A stretch of 64,000 nt of DNA from an uncultured archaeon (GTDB lineage Archaea > Thermoproteota > Bathyarchaeia > Bathyarchaeales > Bathycorpusculaceae), in assembly GCA_963782915.1 (NCBI GenBank), contig CAWALK010000018.1, positions 1,994 through 65,993 on the forward strand, given 5' to 3'. Positions within the stretch are counted from its first letter, which is position 1; each line of letters begins with the position of its first letter. The notes beneath the pieces were generated by a model. It worked only from the letters and a program-made list of their open reading frames with translations. It was not told where the DNA came from and did no database searches. Shown piece by piece: positions 10,857 to 20,651 of this stretch. The translations under genes were made by a program, and so were the position numbers.

Positions 10857-10940
10857 CTATATGTTAATTCTTATAAACTGACTTGATGATAGGGCTATTT
10901 TGTGTAGGCAGCTCTGGGGAAAGCGGTAAGCTTTAACCTC
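10857..10940 (+). repeat. Truncated copy of the head-operon promoter/leader (full copy 11933-12018 and beyond)
   Basis: ctatatgttaattcttataa...gatagggctattttgtgtaggcagctctggggaaagcggtaagct is present twice. Confidence 0.95.
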
Positions 10941-11093
10941 GTTAGTTCTAGTAAACGCTATGTTAATGTAATTAGTGAATTGTTGGAGTATCGAGAAGAT
11001 GTTAAGGAAAACGACCATGCGACCGATGCTTTGCGGTATAGTTTACCGCTTCAGTTAGAAGAGAAGCCGTTTTTGTATGTAGTTCGGCGCTGA
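10935..11093 (+). pseudogene. Orphan terminase C-terminal fragment, copy A'
   Basis: Encodes ISELLEYREDVKENDHATDALRYSLPLQLEEKPFLYVVRR*; no start codon or upstream ORF. Confidence 0.9.
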
Positions 11094-11340
11094 GGCATAA
11101 GTTGCCCTAGTGATTTTGCTTATTGCCTGTTTTACCTTTTAGAGCCTTATAAAGAGCTTCGAGCTTTCTTCAAATCCTTTTGCCTCGGCACCTTACGCCG
11201 ATTCGGCAAAGAATGATTGGTTGAAATACCACTTGTATATAATTTAGCCACTAAACCCAAACTTTTTATGGTGCTAGAAACAATAGCAAAATGTCATATC
11301 TTTAAATAATATAATCCAGTTGAATTTCTGAGGTTTTTCT

Positions 11341-11607
11341 GTGCATAGAAATGAAGCTGTTGACTTGCTAAAAGAAATACTTGAAAACTGCATAAACATT
11401 ACACAATACGGCATCGCCATTATGCCACCTAACTCCAATGACGTAATGTCAAAAAATTTTCAAATACACGTATTTGGAAATGTTAACAAGCTTGATACCT
11501 CATGTTTAGAGTCCATTATGAAAAAGAGTTGCTTGCAACTAAAATTAATACAGGAAAAGAACCTACTTGTGATATATCGACCAATGAAACCTGAAAGCGA
11601 CTGTTAA
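11341..11607 (+). CDS. Small hypothetical protein, paralog of 11618-11845
   Basis: MHRNEAVDLLKEIL...LLVIYRP. Confidence 0.7.
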   Translation: MHRNEAVDLLKEILENCINITQYGIAIMPPNSNDVMSKNFQIHVFGNVNKLDTSCLESIMKKSCLQLKLIQEKNLLVIYRPMKPESDC

Positions 11608-11617
11608 CTTCTTATCC

Positions 11618-11845
11618 TTAGACTAAAGCCTTCCTGTGAAAAATAACGATAGAGTCGCCTTCTTCCTTAACGTCCAAGTTACGCTTTTTGGCTACAGCCT
11701 TAATGAGTTGAGTATCTTTGGTTTTGATTCTAAGGATGGATAGTTTGGTTTCATCCTGTCGCTCAATAGAAACAGAATCCGGCGAAAGGTTAATGTCTTC
11801 ACCCAAAAGTGCCTTTAGGTAATCTATCGCGTCGTTTCGGTTCAT
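11618..11845 (-). CDS. Small hypothetical protein, paralog of 11341-11607
   Basis: MNRNDAIDYLKALL...SIVIFHR. Confidence 0.7.
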   Translation of the reverse strand: MNRNDAIDYLKALLGEDINLSPDSVSIERQDETKLSILRIKTKDTQLIKAVAKKRNLDVKEEGDSIVIFHRKALV

Positions 11846-11933
11846 TAATACCTAATTTAAGTATGCTTGTCTGTTCATTTAAGACTTGTTATGAGCACCA
11901 ATTTGAAAATTTTTGTTTTAGCCCAGCGTTGAC

Positions 11934-11951
11934 TATATGTTAATTCTTATA
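11934..11951 (+). promoter_or_regulatory. Putative viral late promoter of the head operon (TATATGTTAA-ttc-TTATA)
   Basis: Motif shared with 3332, 10858 and 20589. Confidence 0.65.
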
Positions 11952-11986
11952 AGGCTGATTGTGAGTGATAGGGCTATTTTGTGTAG

Positions 11987-12072
11987 GCAGCTCTGGGGAA
12001 AGCGGTAAGCTTGACCTCTCCCCGGGGCTGCGGGCTTGCCTTTTCCCCATGGGTTGACCGAAATTTCGGGTC
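11987..12072 (+). other. Structured 5' leader of the head operon
   Basis: 13-bp stem GCAGCUCUGGGGA/UCCCCGGGGCUGC (2 G-U pairs) enclosing an AAGC-GGUAA-GCUU hairpin; second hairpin at 12056-12072. Confidence 0.5.
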
Positions 12073-12081
12073 TGTTGCTGA

Positions 12082-12945
12082 TTGAGTGAAGGTTTGGGCT
12101 GTGGGAAATGCAAGCGAGTTCATGAGCAGATAGCTCAGATTCTGCCTTTTCGGGTGCTGGAAGCCGCTGAGGGTAAGCCATTGCGGATTGCAGGCGTTGC
12201 TATGACTGCGGGCATGTCCCGTAACCACAACGTTTACACTTCTGAAGAGTTGGAGGCTTTTGCTCCTAAACTTGTCGGGGCACCCATCTATCTTGAGCAT
12301 GTCACCGTTGAATCAGCCATTGGAAAAGTTACTAACTGCGTTTTTGATGCCCAATCCAAGAGCTTGCGGTATGAAGCGGAGATTTACGACCCAACTATGG
12401 CTGAGAAGATCCGTCAGGGTTTGATTCAGCATGTGAGTGTTGGGGCAGACTACGATGCACTTGATACAGCCAACGTGCCGCATGGGTTGCATAACGCGGA
12501 GATGTCGCTTGTTGCAGTGCCCGGTATTCCCGAAACCAACATCCAAGTTTTAGAGGCTTTACGACAGAAGGGGGTTGGGGGTTTGGAAGAAAAAGACATT
12601 GAAAGTGTCGCTGAGAAAGTCGCTGCTAAGATCGGCGAGAAAAATTCCCTTGAAATTGAGGGTCTGAAAACAAAGCTTTCGGAAGCGGAAGGTAAGTTGG
12701 CGGCTTCTGAGGGTAAACTTGCCGAAGCCAACAGGACAGTTGAGCAGCTAAAGCAGCTTGTACCCGGTGTGGACTTGCTGAAGAATCCGCCTAAACTGAT
12801 GCCTGTCTCTGAAGCTGTCAAGATGGTTAAGGAAGCACTGCCTGCGCCAATGATTCAGCGTTCATGGGGACTTGGCCCTCAACGCATGTGTCAGGACCTG
12901 CAGCGTGTCGTCCAGAAACTTGAGACTAGGGCTGGTGGCAAGTAA
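12082..12945 (+). CDS. Prohead maturation protease with scaffold-like coiled-coil C-terminus
   Basis: GVAM...SRNHNVY...PIYLEH...HVSVG...EMSLVAVPGIP; coiled coil follows. Confidence 0.85.
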   Translation: MSEGLGCGKCKRVHEQIAQILPFRVLEAAEGKPLRIAGVAMTAGMSRNHNVYTSEELEAFAPKLVGAPIYLEHVTVESAIGKVTNCVFDAQSKSLRYEAEIYDPTMAEKIRQGLIQHVSVGADYDALDTANVPHGLHNAEMSLVAVPGIPETNIQVLEALRQKGVGGLEEKDIESVAEKVAAKIGEKNSLEIEGLKTKLSEAEGKLAASEGKLAEANRTVEQLKQLVPGVDLLKNPPKLMPVSEAVKMVKEALPAPMIQRSWGLGPQRMCQDLQRVVQKLETRAGGK

Positions 12946-13158
12946 ATGGCTGAGAAATCTGCCGAGGGAAAACTCCACGAAGTCGATGACACAGAAGCTG
13001 ACGCCGTTATCGAGTTTGCAAGCAGGGCAATTCCTCATAACGAGATGCTTGGCCGTGTTGTCCGCAATATGTACAAGCGGATTCAGCAGTTAGAAGCCCA
13101 AGTTAAGGACCTGCAAGCGAAGCCCAAAAAGGCTGCCGCTAAAGTTGGAGGTCCATAA
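12946..13158 (+). CDS. Small head-module hypothetical protein
   Basis: Abuts the protease stop codon; coiled-coil C-terminus. Confidence 0.55.
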   Translation: MAEKSAEGKLHEVDDTEADAVIEFASRAIPHNEMLGRVVRNMYKRIQQLEAQVKDLQAKPKKAAAKVGGP

Positions 13159-13236
13159 GTTTTGCTCACTTTTGTGGGGCTAGTAGCGCCAGGACGAACT
13201 GGTGTGAACGCAGAAACAATAGGGAGATTGATTTAG

Positions 13237-13662
13237 ATGACTGATTTAACTGGAAAATCTTGGATGGCTATAGGCGAAACTGACGATCCAAACGCTGTTA
13301 TAGAATCTTTTGAAGCGGCTGCAGGCATCACCAAAGGCTCACCGGTTTACTTGAGTGCAGACGATAAGGTTTCCGCCAGCCCAGGCGGAGACAACGCAAT
13401 AGGAATTGCAGTGAAAACCGTTTTGACTGGTCAACAGTGCCCAGTGCTAACCCGTGGGAGAGTCAAAGTGACGGCTGGCGGCGCTATAGCAAGAGGTACA
13501 GCGGTTTGCAGTGCTGCTGCTGGCAAAGTGATTCAACTTGTCGATCAAGCTGTTGACGAGGGCGGCGCTGCGAAATACACAATTTTCTTCAACCGCAAAC
13601 TTGGCTATGCACTAGAGACTGCTGCGCAAGATACCGACCTGCTGTTTATTGAGGTGGGATAA
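13237..13662 (+). CDS. Capsid cement/decoration protein (DUF2190-like)
   Basis: AAAGITKGSPV...AIGIA...VLTRGRVKVTAGGAIARG; directly upstream of the capsid gene. Confidence 0.75.
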   Translation: MTDLTGKSWMAIGETDDPNAVIESFEAAAGITKGSPVYLSADDKVSASPGGDNAIGIAVKTVLTGQQCPVLTRGRVKVTAGGAIARGTAVCSAAAGKVIQLVDQAVDEGGAAKYTIFFNRKLGYALETAAQDTDLLFIEVG

Positions 13663-14615
13663 TGAAGCCCAAACTCTACGAGTCATTGATGCAGAAAGAC
13701 GCTGGATTCAAAGAAGTCATGGAAAAACTCAAGCTGAAAACTGACCATCCATTCCTAAAGCGCTATGCGCTTATGGGTGTGAAGGAAGGCTTTTTCAGCG
13801 ACATGTCAGGCGCTCTTGGCAGAATGCATGATACGATGGTTGATGCTGCATGGCCTGAATTGATTGGCCGTAGCATAATCAACGTAATGCCAACCAACGA
13901 AGCCATGGAACGCTTCCCAATCGATGCAGGCGCAATTGCTTACGAATACGCTGAAGGCACTATTACCCGGCTCTCAGGCAAAAAAGCCTCAACTGTTGAC
14001 ATCAACGCAAACATTCTGGCAGACTCTTCAGATGAGTGGACAAGGGAATACCTTGAAGACGCATCTTGGAACGTCATGGACCGTGCAACACAGAACATCG
14101 GCAACGCTTTAGGAGTTAAAGAAACCGAGAAGATTCTGGCACTATACACTGCTGTTTTAGCTGCTGACTTAGCTACTGGCGCAGACCTTGCAGGCGGCGG
14201 TACTGTGATGAGTTGGACAAAACTGCTTAGCTTGTGGCATGCTGTTAAGTCTGAGAAGCGAAGAGCAACTGTTATCGCCCTAAACGATATGCAGGTTGCA
14301 CAACTCCTCAACGATAGCACTTTCACAAACGCACAGTCTTTACCCTCAGCACAAACCGACCTCGAAGCCGGCGTTGTCAGTGGCGCTTTGGGCATGAAGA
14401 TTGTTTCAAGCCCACTTGTCACCAACGGTGTTGCATTCGCCATCGATACACGTGTTGCCTCCGCGATGCTTCTGCGCCGAGACGTAACTGTCGAGGACTG
14501 GGAAGATGTCAAGAACGGCAAATACGGTGTCAGAGCCACAACTCGCTTCGGCTTAGGCGTCCTAGATTCCAAAGGCATTGCAAGAATGACAAACATCAAG
14601 ACGACAATCACTTAA
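13662..14615 (+). CDS. HK97-fold major capsid protein
   Basis: Size, position and C-terminal LLRRDVTVEDWEDVKNGKYGVRATTRFGLGVL pattern. Confidence 0.88.
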   Translation: MKPKLYESLMQKDAGFKEVMEKLKLKTDHPFLKRYALMGVKEGFFSDMSGALGRMHDTMVDAAWPELIGRSIINVMPTNEAMERFPIDAGAIAYEYAEGTITRLSGKKASTVDINANILADSSDEWTREYLEDASWNVMDRATQNIGNALGVKETEKILALYTAVLAADLATGADLAGGGTVMSWTKLLSLWHAVKSEKRRATVIALNDMQVAQLLNDSTFTNAQSLPSAQTDLEAGVVSGALGMKIVSSPLVTNGVAFAIDTRVASAMLLRRDVTVEDWEDVKNGKYGVRATTRFGLGVLDSKGIARMTNIKTTIT

Positions 14616-14631
14616 GCGGTGCATTCGCCCG

Positions 14632-14649
14632 TTTTTCTTCCCCTTTTTT
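14632..14649 (+). terminator. Possible oligo-T terminator after the capsid gene
   Basis: tttttcttcccctttttt pyrimidine tract shortly after the stop codon. Confidence 0.35.
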
Positions 14650-14680
14650 GGGTTATCAAATCATATCGGGGTCTAAGCAT

Positions 14681-16018
14681 ATGAGTAGCGTTTACAGAAA
14701 AATCCGTGAGGTCCTCTCCTATGCGCCTGTTTCAGGCGTGGCAAAGCCAAATGGCAGAGTGTTCTTTGATACTTCCTGCATTCCCCTAATTGATGTTATG
14801 AAGCTCTATGAGCGTGACCCAACCTGCAAGGCAAGCGTGGATCTGTTGGCTGCCTCCACAGTTGGCATGGGCTTCTACACTACCGTGGACGAAAACTATG
14901 ATAAGGCTAAAGAAGCCAAAGCCGCCGTGGATAATTTCTGCGAAGACATCAACTTGGACGGCTTGCTAAACGATATGGCTAAGCCGCTGATTGGCTGCGG
15001 AAACGATTTTTGGCTTAAATTAACTCCTGACAAACTAACCGAAACCTTGCGCATGCCCATAGATGCAGTGCAACGCATCGGGCTCAGTAGTGTTCCCAAT
15101 CTATAGCTTACCCTACAAAGTCACAGGTTATCAACTCAAGAACATTCCTATCGCGGGCAAAGCTCGAGAAATGAGCTTAAACCTGAAGCGGTCATTCACT
15201 GGCGCCTTAACGGCGATATTCCCTCTGGCTACGGCGTTGGCTTGCTGCAGGTGCTTTTGCACACGTTAACCGTTGATTCGGATAAGCGTCCGGCTGTTGC
15301 TTGGATGAAAGCCAAAATCGAGCGCATAATGCCCAAGATTTTTGAGAAGTATGCGGGACCTGACGTTTTGGCGATGTTGGAGGGCGTCGATGAGGCAACG
15401 GTGAAGTCGTTTGAGCAGGCCATCAAGAATCGGGATGAAGAGGGCGCTTGGCTATTCTACAACAAAAAAATCGATTTAAAGCCTGTCACGATTGACCCCC
15501 GAGCACAGGGCTTTGTTTACTACATCGACCACATCATTAATCAGTTCTATTTGGGCTTGGAAACGCCTCTGCCACGGCTTTTTAGCACTCCAGGCTTTAC
15601 CGAAGCATCGGCAAGGGCAGCGTTGGACTTGCAGGATATGCTCATAAAACCCGTCCAACGCTACATCAAACGTCAAGTAGAACGGGAACTTTTCTCGCCT
15701 ATTGTTGCTCAAGCTGGACTTGATTCGATTAAGGCTAAGGTGCGGTTGAATTATGGCAGCCCCGAAACTCCAGAACTTAACTCTGCTGACCTCATCAAAG
15801 CCGCTGAAACTGGGTTGATTCGAGCAGAGGAGTTCCGTAAGAACGCTATCAAGTTTGGCTGGGAACTCTGGGAACAGAAGCCTACCGCGGCGACAGGGCA
15901 ACAGCAGACGGTTAGTCTTGAGGGTTTGCATGGAAGAAAAGGCGCAGGCAAGTATCTTGTGGTGGATTTAGGGAAGAATGAGGAGTCTGCTAAAGTTGAG
16001 TCTACTGGGAATAGTTAA
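14681..16018 (+). CDS. Portal protein (frameshifted)
   Basis: LYERDPTCKASVDLLA...GMG; HWRL...GYGVG; LGLETP...EASARA...IKPVQRYIKRQVE. Confidence 0.8.
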
Positions 16019-16307
16019 GGCTGTAGCTGCTGTACAGTTGGTTGGTGAAGCAAAAAGCCGTATTCCGGTTGGGTTGCAAGGTTTAACTTTCTATAGCCAA
16101 AGGGATGAATGGGTTTTTTTGTCGAGTGGTCACCCCAATATGTGCGCTGATTGCGCAGACTGTGATGGTAATGTTTTTTTGGGAACGGAATTGCGTAGTG
16201 CTTTTCCATATCACACAATTTTGGACGAGAATATTATTGCTGCTTCTGTTCATCCTAATTGCTCGTGTTTGCTATTGAGGGCTTTTTCTGCGGGACGTTA
16301 CATGTAG
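15978..16307 (+). CDS. Small MuF/SPP1 gp7-like minor head protein
   Basis: HPNMCADC...HPNCSC motifs; follows the portal gene. Confidence 0.55.
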   Translation: MRSLLKLSLLGIVKAVAAVQLVGEAKSRIPVGLQGLTFYSQRDEWVFLSSGHPNMCADCADCDGNVFLGTELRSAFPYHTILDENIIAASVHPNCSCLLLRAFSAGRYM

Positions 16308-16454
16308 TTACCCTTCAGCAATTCCCCTGCTGAGAGTTGTTCTTGCTGCGGAGCTGTTCTTAAGAAGGATGCGACAGTTTGTGAGAAATGTTAACAACAG
16401 CTAGATTCAGCTAATGATTGGTTTGGAGGACAATAAGACGTATCTTTTTTTGGC

Positions 16455-16500
16455 GAGTTTGGGCTGGGAATTGTGGGACGACAAAGCACACTCAAAATAA
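16455..16500 (+). pseudogene. Orphan portal C-terminal remnant
   Basis: gagtttgg(g)ctgggaattgtgggac...taa reads EFGWELWDDKAHSK* after removing one G; compare portal KFGWELWEQK at 15851-15880. Confidence 0.6.
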
Positions 16501-16517
16501 ACTCATTGTAGTGCCAT

Positions 16518-19500
16518 TTACCGTTTAGCTCTTGGGGGGAAACGTAAAATGAATTTTGTGCCTTTGCCTATTTCGCTCTCGAAAGTTATTTTGCCGCCTA
16601 ATGCCTCAGTCATGCGCTTGACCACTGCTAAGCCAAAGCCTTGACCCTTCGATTTAGTAGTGAAAAGCGGAGTGAATAGTTTTGGCCTAATTTCTTGTGG
16701 GATACCAACACCTGTATCCTGAACAGTTATGACAATATCGCCAGCATCCTTGACCGCATGAATATCAAGTTTTCCACCCTGCGGCATAGCCTGAACTGCA
16801 TTACTTACCAGATTACTTAAAATTCGCTTCAACATAGCTGGGTCAGCAATCGCCTTTTTCGCTTCTTTCTCGACTATGCATGAAGCGTCAATGTTTTTTG
16901 GAATACCATTATTAAGCAGCACTTCTTGGCAGAGCGCTTCAACATCTGTTTCCTGAACGGTTGGCTTGAGTGGCTTTACAAAGTCTTGTAGGTCTTGAAC
17001 AATCTTGTTAATGTACTCAACATTCTTCTCAATGCCTGCTAAACTTTCTTTCATGCCCTCTTTTGCTTCGCCTTCAGGCATCGAAGCTAAGTCAGTCTTA
17101 GCCAAATATACATCACTGGCAATTGCTTGCAAGGGATTACGAATATCATGCCCAACCATACCTGCAGTCGCGCCAATAGCTGCTAAACGCTCGGAGTCTT
17201 TGAGTTGACTTGGTTCGTTCTTCAACAAGCTTCTCCAAGTTCTTAGCATATTTATCAAGTGCCTCTTCAGCTTTTTTGCGTTTGGTAATATCTGTGAAGG
17301 ATAAGAATGCCCCGTCAATTTTCTTGTCTTCAGTTAGGTACGGTCGAATCCGCATTTCATAGAAATGGCCATCCAAACCCTCAACTTCTTGACTAACAGG
17401 AGTTAACTTATCGATTACCTCCGTTATCATCTTATCCAAGTCTTGAATATGAACTCCTGGAGTTATGTTGGCGATGGAGCCCCCAACATCGGATGGCGAA
17501 ATTCTCAAAAGTTCTTGGGCTGCAGCAGTGAAACGCCTTATCCTCAGGCCACTATCAACGATAACCACTGCGATGTCAATGTTGGTTTGCAGATTTGCTA
17601 AGTCATCATTTAGGCGACCAAGAGTCTGATTGCGGTTCTTAAGCTCCTCATTTAAAGTCTGCAGCTCCTCGTTGCTTGACTGCAACTCCTCTTTAGCTGT
17701 TTCGAGCTCTTCATTTGTGCTCTGCAACTCTTCATTGCTCGACTGAACCTCTTCCATAGACGACCGCAACTCCTCATTGGTTGCTTCCTGCCCCTCAACA
17801 AGCGTCTGCAAAGACTGCTTAGTTGCCTCCAAATCCTCCCTAAGCTCACGAATCTGACGATCCTTAAGACTCTCTACCTCGCACAGGCGAAACTGGAGCT
17901 TCAACTTCGTTGTCTTGAATGCAGATCATTTGAACGGTGTTTCGGTAAACAATACAAGGTAGAAAGGTTCGTCGTATTTCGGTGTTTCTAATGGTCTTAT
18001 CTCTATGCTAACTGTTTTTGGTTGCCCTTTTTGTTTAAGCGCACCGTTTCTTTGAAGGCTTTCTTTTCTTTCTTTGCTCTATAAATGGCAGTCTGAATTT
18101 GTGACCTCAATTCTTTTCGAATAATCTTTGTTACGTTAAAACTCGCCGCTCCTGATTCAGGTATAAGATAAGGAGCAACATCTCCACGAAAAACCAGTAT
18201 ATCCAAGTTATTGTTTACCAACAAAGTCGCTGGACCATACTCTGAGGTTATAAGATGGTCAACTTTATCCCCTAAAACAGTCAGCAGATCTGCTTTTTCA
18301 ATGCGGTTTAACTGATCTTCTTCGTAGCAGTGGAATAAAGGCTTCATTAAACAACATGTTGTGGCTGGGCTTGCTTCTTTCTGTAAATTAAGCCTTTTGT
18401 AGTAATTGGTTCAAACAAGTATTGGAATTTGCCAACACTTTCAGATTCTCCCAAAACTAGAAAACCATTGGGTTTTAATCCGTAATGGAAAATTGGCAAT
18501 ACTCTTTCGTGAAGATACGAGGTCAAAATAGATGAGAACATTTCGGCACATGATGAGATCTAAGTTAGAGAAAGGCGGATCGCTTGTTATGTCCTGCTTT
18601 GCAAATATGCACATGTCCCGGATGAGTTTTGTGATTTGGTAATTTCCGTTTTGCCTATTGAAAAAACGTTTTAGTCTATTTTCGGAAACGTATGTCTTCG
18701 ATAGTTTTTGGATATATTCCTTGACGAGCTTTCTCAATATTCTTTTCATTCGCATCCGTACCAAAAATTTGAACCCGTATCTCAGGCATGACTTTTTCTT
18801 CTAGGAATTCTTGAATTGCAATGGCTAAAGAATAGACTTCTTCGCCTGTTGAGCACCCCGGAACCCAAACACGGATGGATTCATCGGGTGACCTGTTTTT
18901 GATAAGTTCAGGAAAAACTTTTTCCTTCAAAGCCTCAAAAGTTTTTGGTTCTCTAAAGAAACTTGTCACGCCTATTAGCAGATCATCAAACAAGGCCTGA
19001 GGCTCATTTGGGTGGGTCCTGCAGATACTCGATGTATCCTTTCATGTTTTTGGTCTTATTTATGACCATGCGACGTGTAATGCGTCGGTTTATGGTTGTT
19101 TCTTTGTAGTGCGTAAAATCTACCCCGAAAGAAGTTTTTAGCATCATTATAATTTTTTTCAAGTCAGATTCTACTTTTTCTGGTTTGGTGTTTTTGTTTC
19201 AGAAGGAATGAGTTGAGGGTGATGGGCGATTCTCACTAGTTCTTTTGCTATCTGTTCTGGGGAAAGGATAAAATCGGGGTTTTCGGCATGCTATGGCGTT
19301 TTGGGCATGTCGGGGTATTGCGCTGTCTCTGGGTCTTGTGCGAAGGTTATTCCGCCTTCAGCTTTAATTGCTTTTAATCCTTCGGTTCCGTCATTGCCAG
19401 TTCCTGACATGACGATTCCAATTGCTTGGGTTTTTAGTTCCGAAGCTATGGAAATCATAAAGTCGTTGATGGGTTTAAGAGCTAAACCTTTGGGAACAAG

Positions 19501-19833
19501 CTTTAGGCAACCGTTCTTCAGCGTCATTGTTGTTCCTGGAGTGATGACGTAAACGTGGTTTTTTTCAACTTTCATGCCATCTGTTACTTGGAGAACCTTC
19601 ATTTTGGTTGACCGTGAAAGGATTTCGGGCAGCATGCTTTCTTGTCCAGTAGCTAGATGCTGGATAACAACAAATGACATACCCGTATCAACGGGCAAGT
19701 TCTCTAGCAGTTTCCTGATGGGGTCTAATCCGCCTGCAGAAGCGCCAATCCCAACAATCGGAAACTCATACGCTTTACCTTTGCCTTCAAGGGAAGCAGA
19801 TTCATCGAAAGTAGTTTTTATTTTGCTTGCCAT
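16518..19833 (-). CDS. CheB-CheR-PAS-histidine kinase fusion, copy 2 (frameshifted)
   Basis: Same domain order and motifs as copy 1 (GASAGG, GCSTGEE, EELQSTNEEL, GHDIRNPL) but clearly divergent in sequence. Confidence 0.9.
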
Positions 19834-19971
19834 AAGTTACCCATCTAGCTATTATGCTCTAATAATCTCGGTTCTAATTAATATTTAAACTTCCCTGAAT
19901 AGAACCTAAATTGAGCAGATAATTTAATGGAAAAATAAGCAGAAAAGATATCGGAGCTTGCACCTATTGGG

Positions 19972-20314
19972 TTAAGTTTTTTTATTTAATTCTTTTTTTG
20001 ATTCATCTATTTCCTTTTGGTGCTCCTTTGTAAATACATCAAGAAGGCGAATGGCGACTGGCGCAGCATCCTTTTCACTGTAGATACCCTTCTTTGTGTT
20101 TTCATGGAGCGTCTTGATAATTGAACTTTCAATTGAGTAATGATCTTTTCCAAACGTACTTTTTAAGGCTTGGTGAAAGGCATAAAGGTTGTTTGGAATA
20201 TCTTGGGGCTGAATTTGCATCTTTTCTTAGCTCACTGTAAAAGCGTTCTTTCTCAGCCAAAGACGATAATACCCTATCGATCACTTCAACCATTATCGCA
20301 TCAGAATTCGCCAT
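19972..20314 (-). CDS. DUF3227/NitrOD5-like archaeal signalling output-domain protein (frameshifted)
   Basis: EVIDRVLSSL...FY..L....IQPQDIP...F..ALKSTFG.....IE..IIKTL pattern. Confidence 0.5.
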
Positions 20315-20588
20315 AGAAATTGCCAACTTAAAATATGGCCATTTAACATACAAAAATGTTTGCGCGAACAGAAAACAGTTAGCGCCCAATGCCAGCACGC
20401 TTCTATGCCATATGCGCGCCAGTCTCTTTTTCCAAGCGCTTATTCATCGAAAGAAGTCCTTGGGGCTAAAGTCTAAAAAGGGGAAAATAGTATAAAAGAC
20501 GTCGCCTAGCTGCGGTTCCCTATTAGACTTGAACTATCGGCCTATTAATACAAGAAAGAAGAGTTTAGTTGTTCTTCGATTTTTTGCT

Positions 20589-20606
20589 TATATGTTAAGT
20601 CTTTTA
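20589..20606 (+). promoter_or_regulatory. Putative viral late promoter of the neck/tail operon (TATATGTTAA-gtc-TTTTA)
   Basis: Shared motif, 63 nt before the connector gene. Confidence 0.6.
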
Positions 20607-20651
20607 TGCGGTTCATTCCGTAACTTCAAATTCATTGAGGTTTAGTTTGCT

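Noticed and set aside
7041-11093. Terminase repeat pair as the TR/VR of a diversity-generating retroelement
   Set aside because: Differences are synonymous third-position changes of all base types, not adenine-specific, and no reverse transcriptase is present.
13940-14611. Long antisense ORF within the capsid gene (and similar shadows at 6169-6612, 12450-12821, 54617-55147)
   Set aside because: Fully overlaps well-supported genes on the opposite strand and has no recognisable motifs.
7218-19833. Chemotaxis operon
   Set aside because: No CheA, CheW, CheY, chemoreceptor or archaellum genes; only stand-alone CheB-CheR-kinase fusions.
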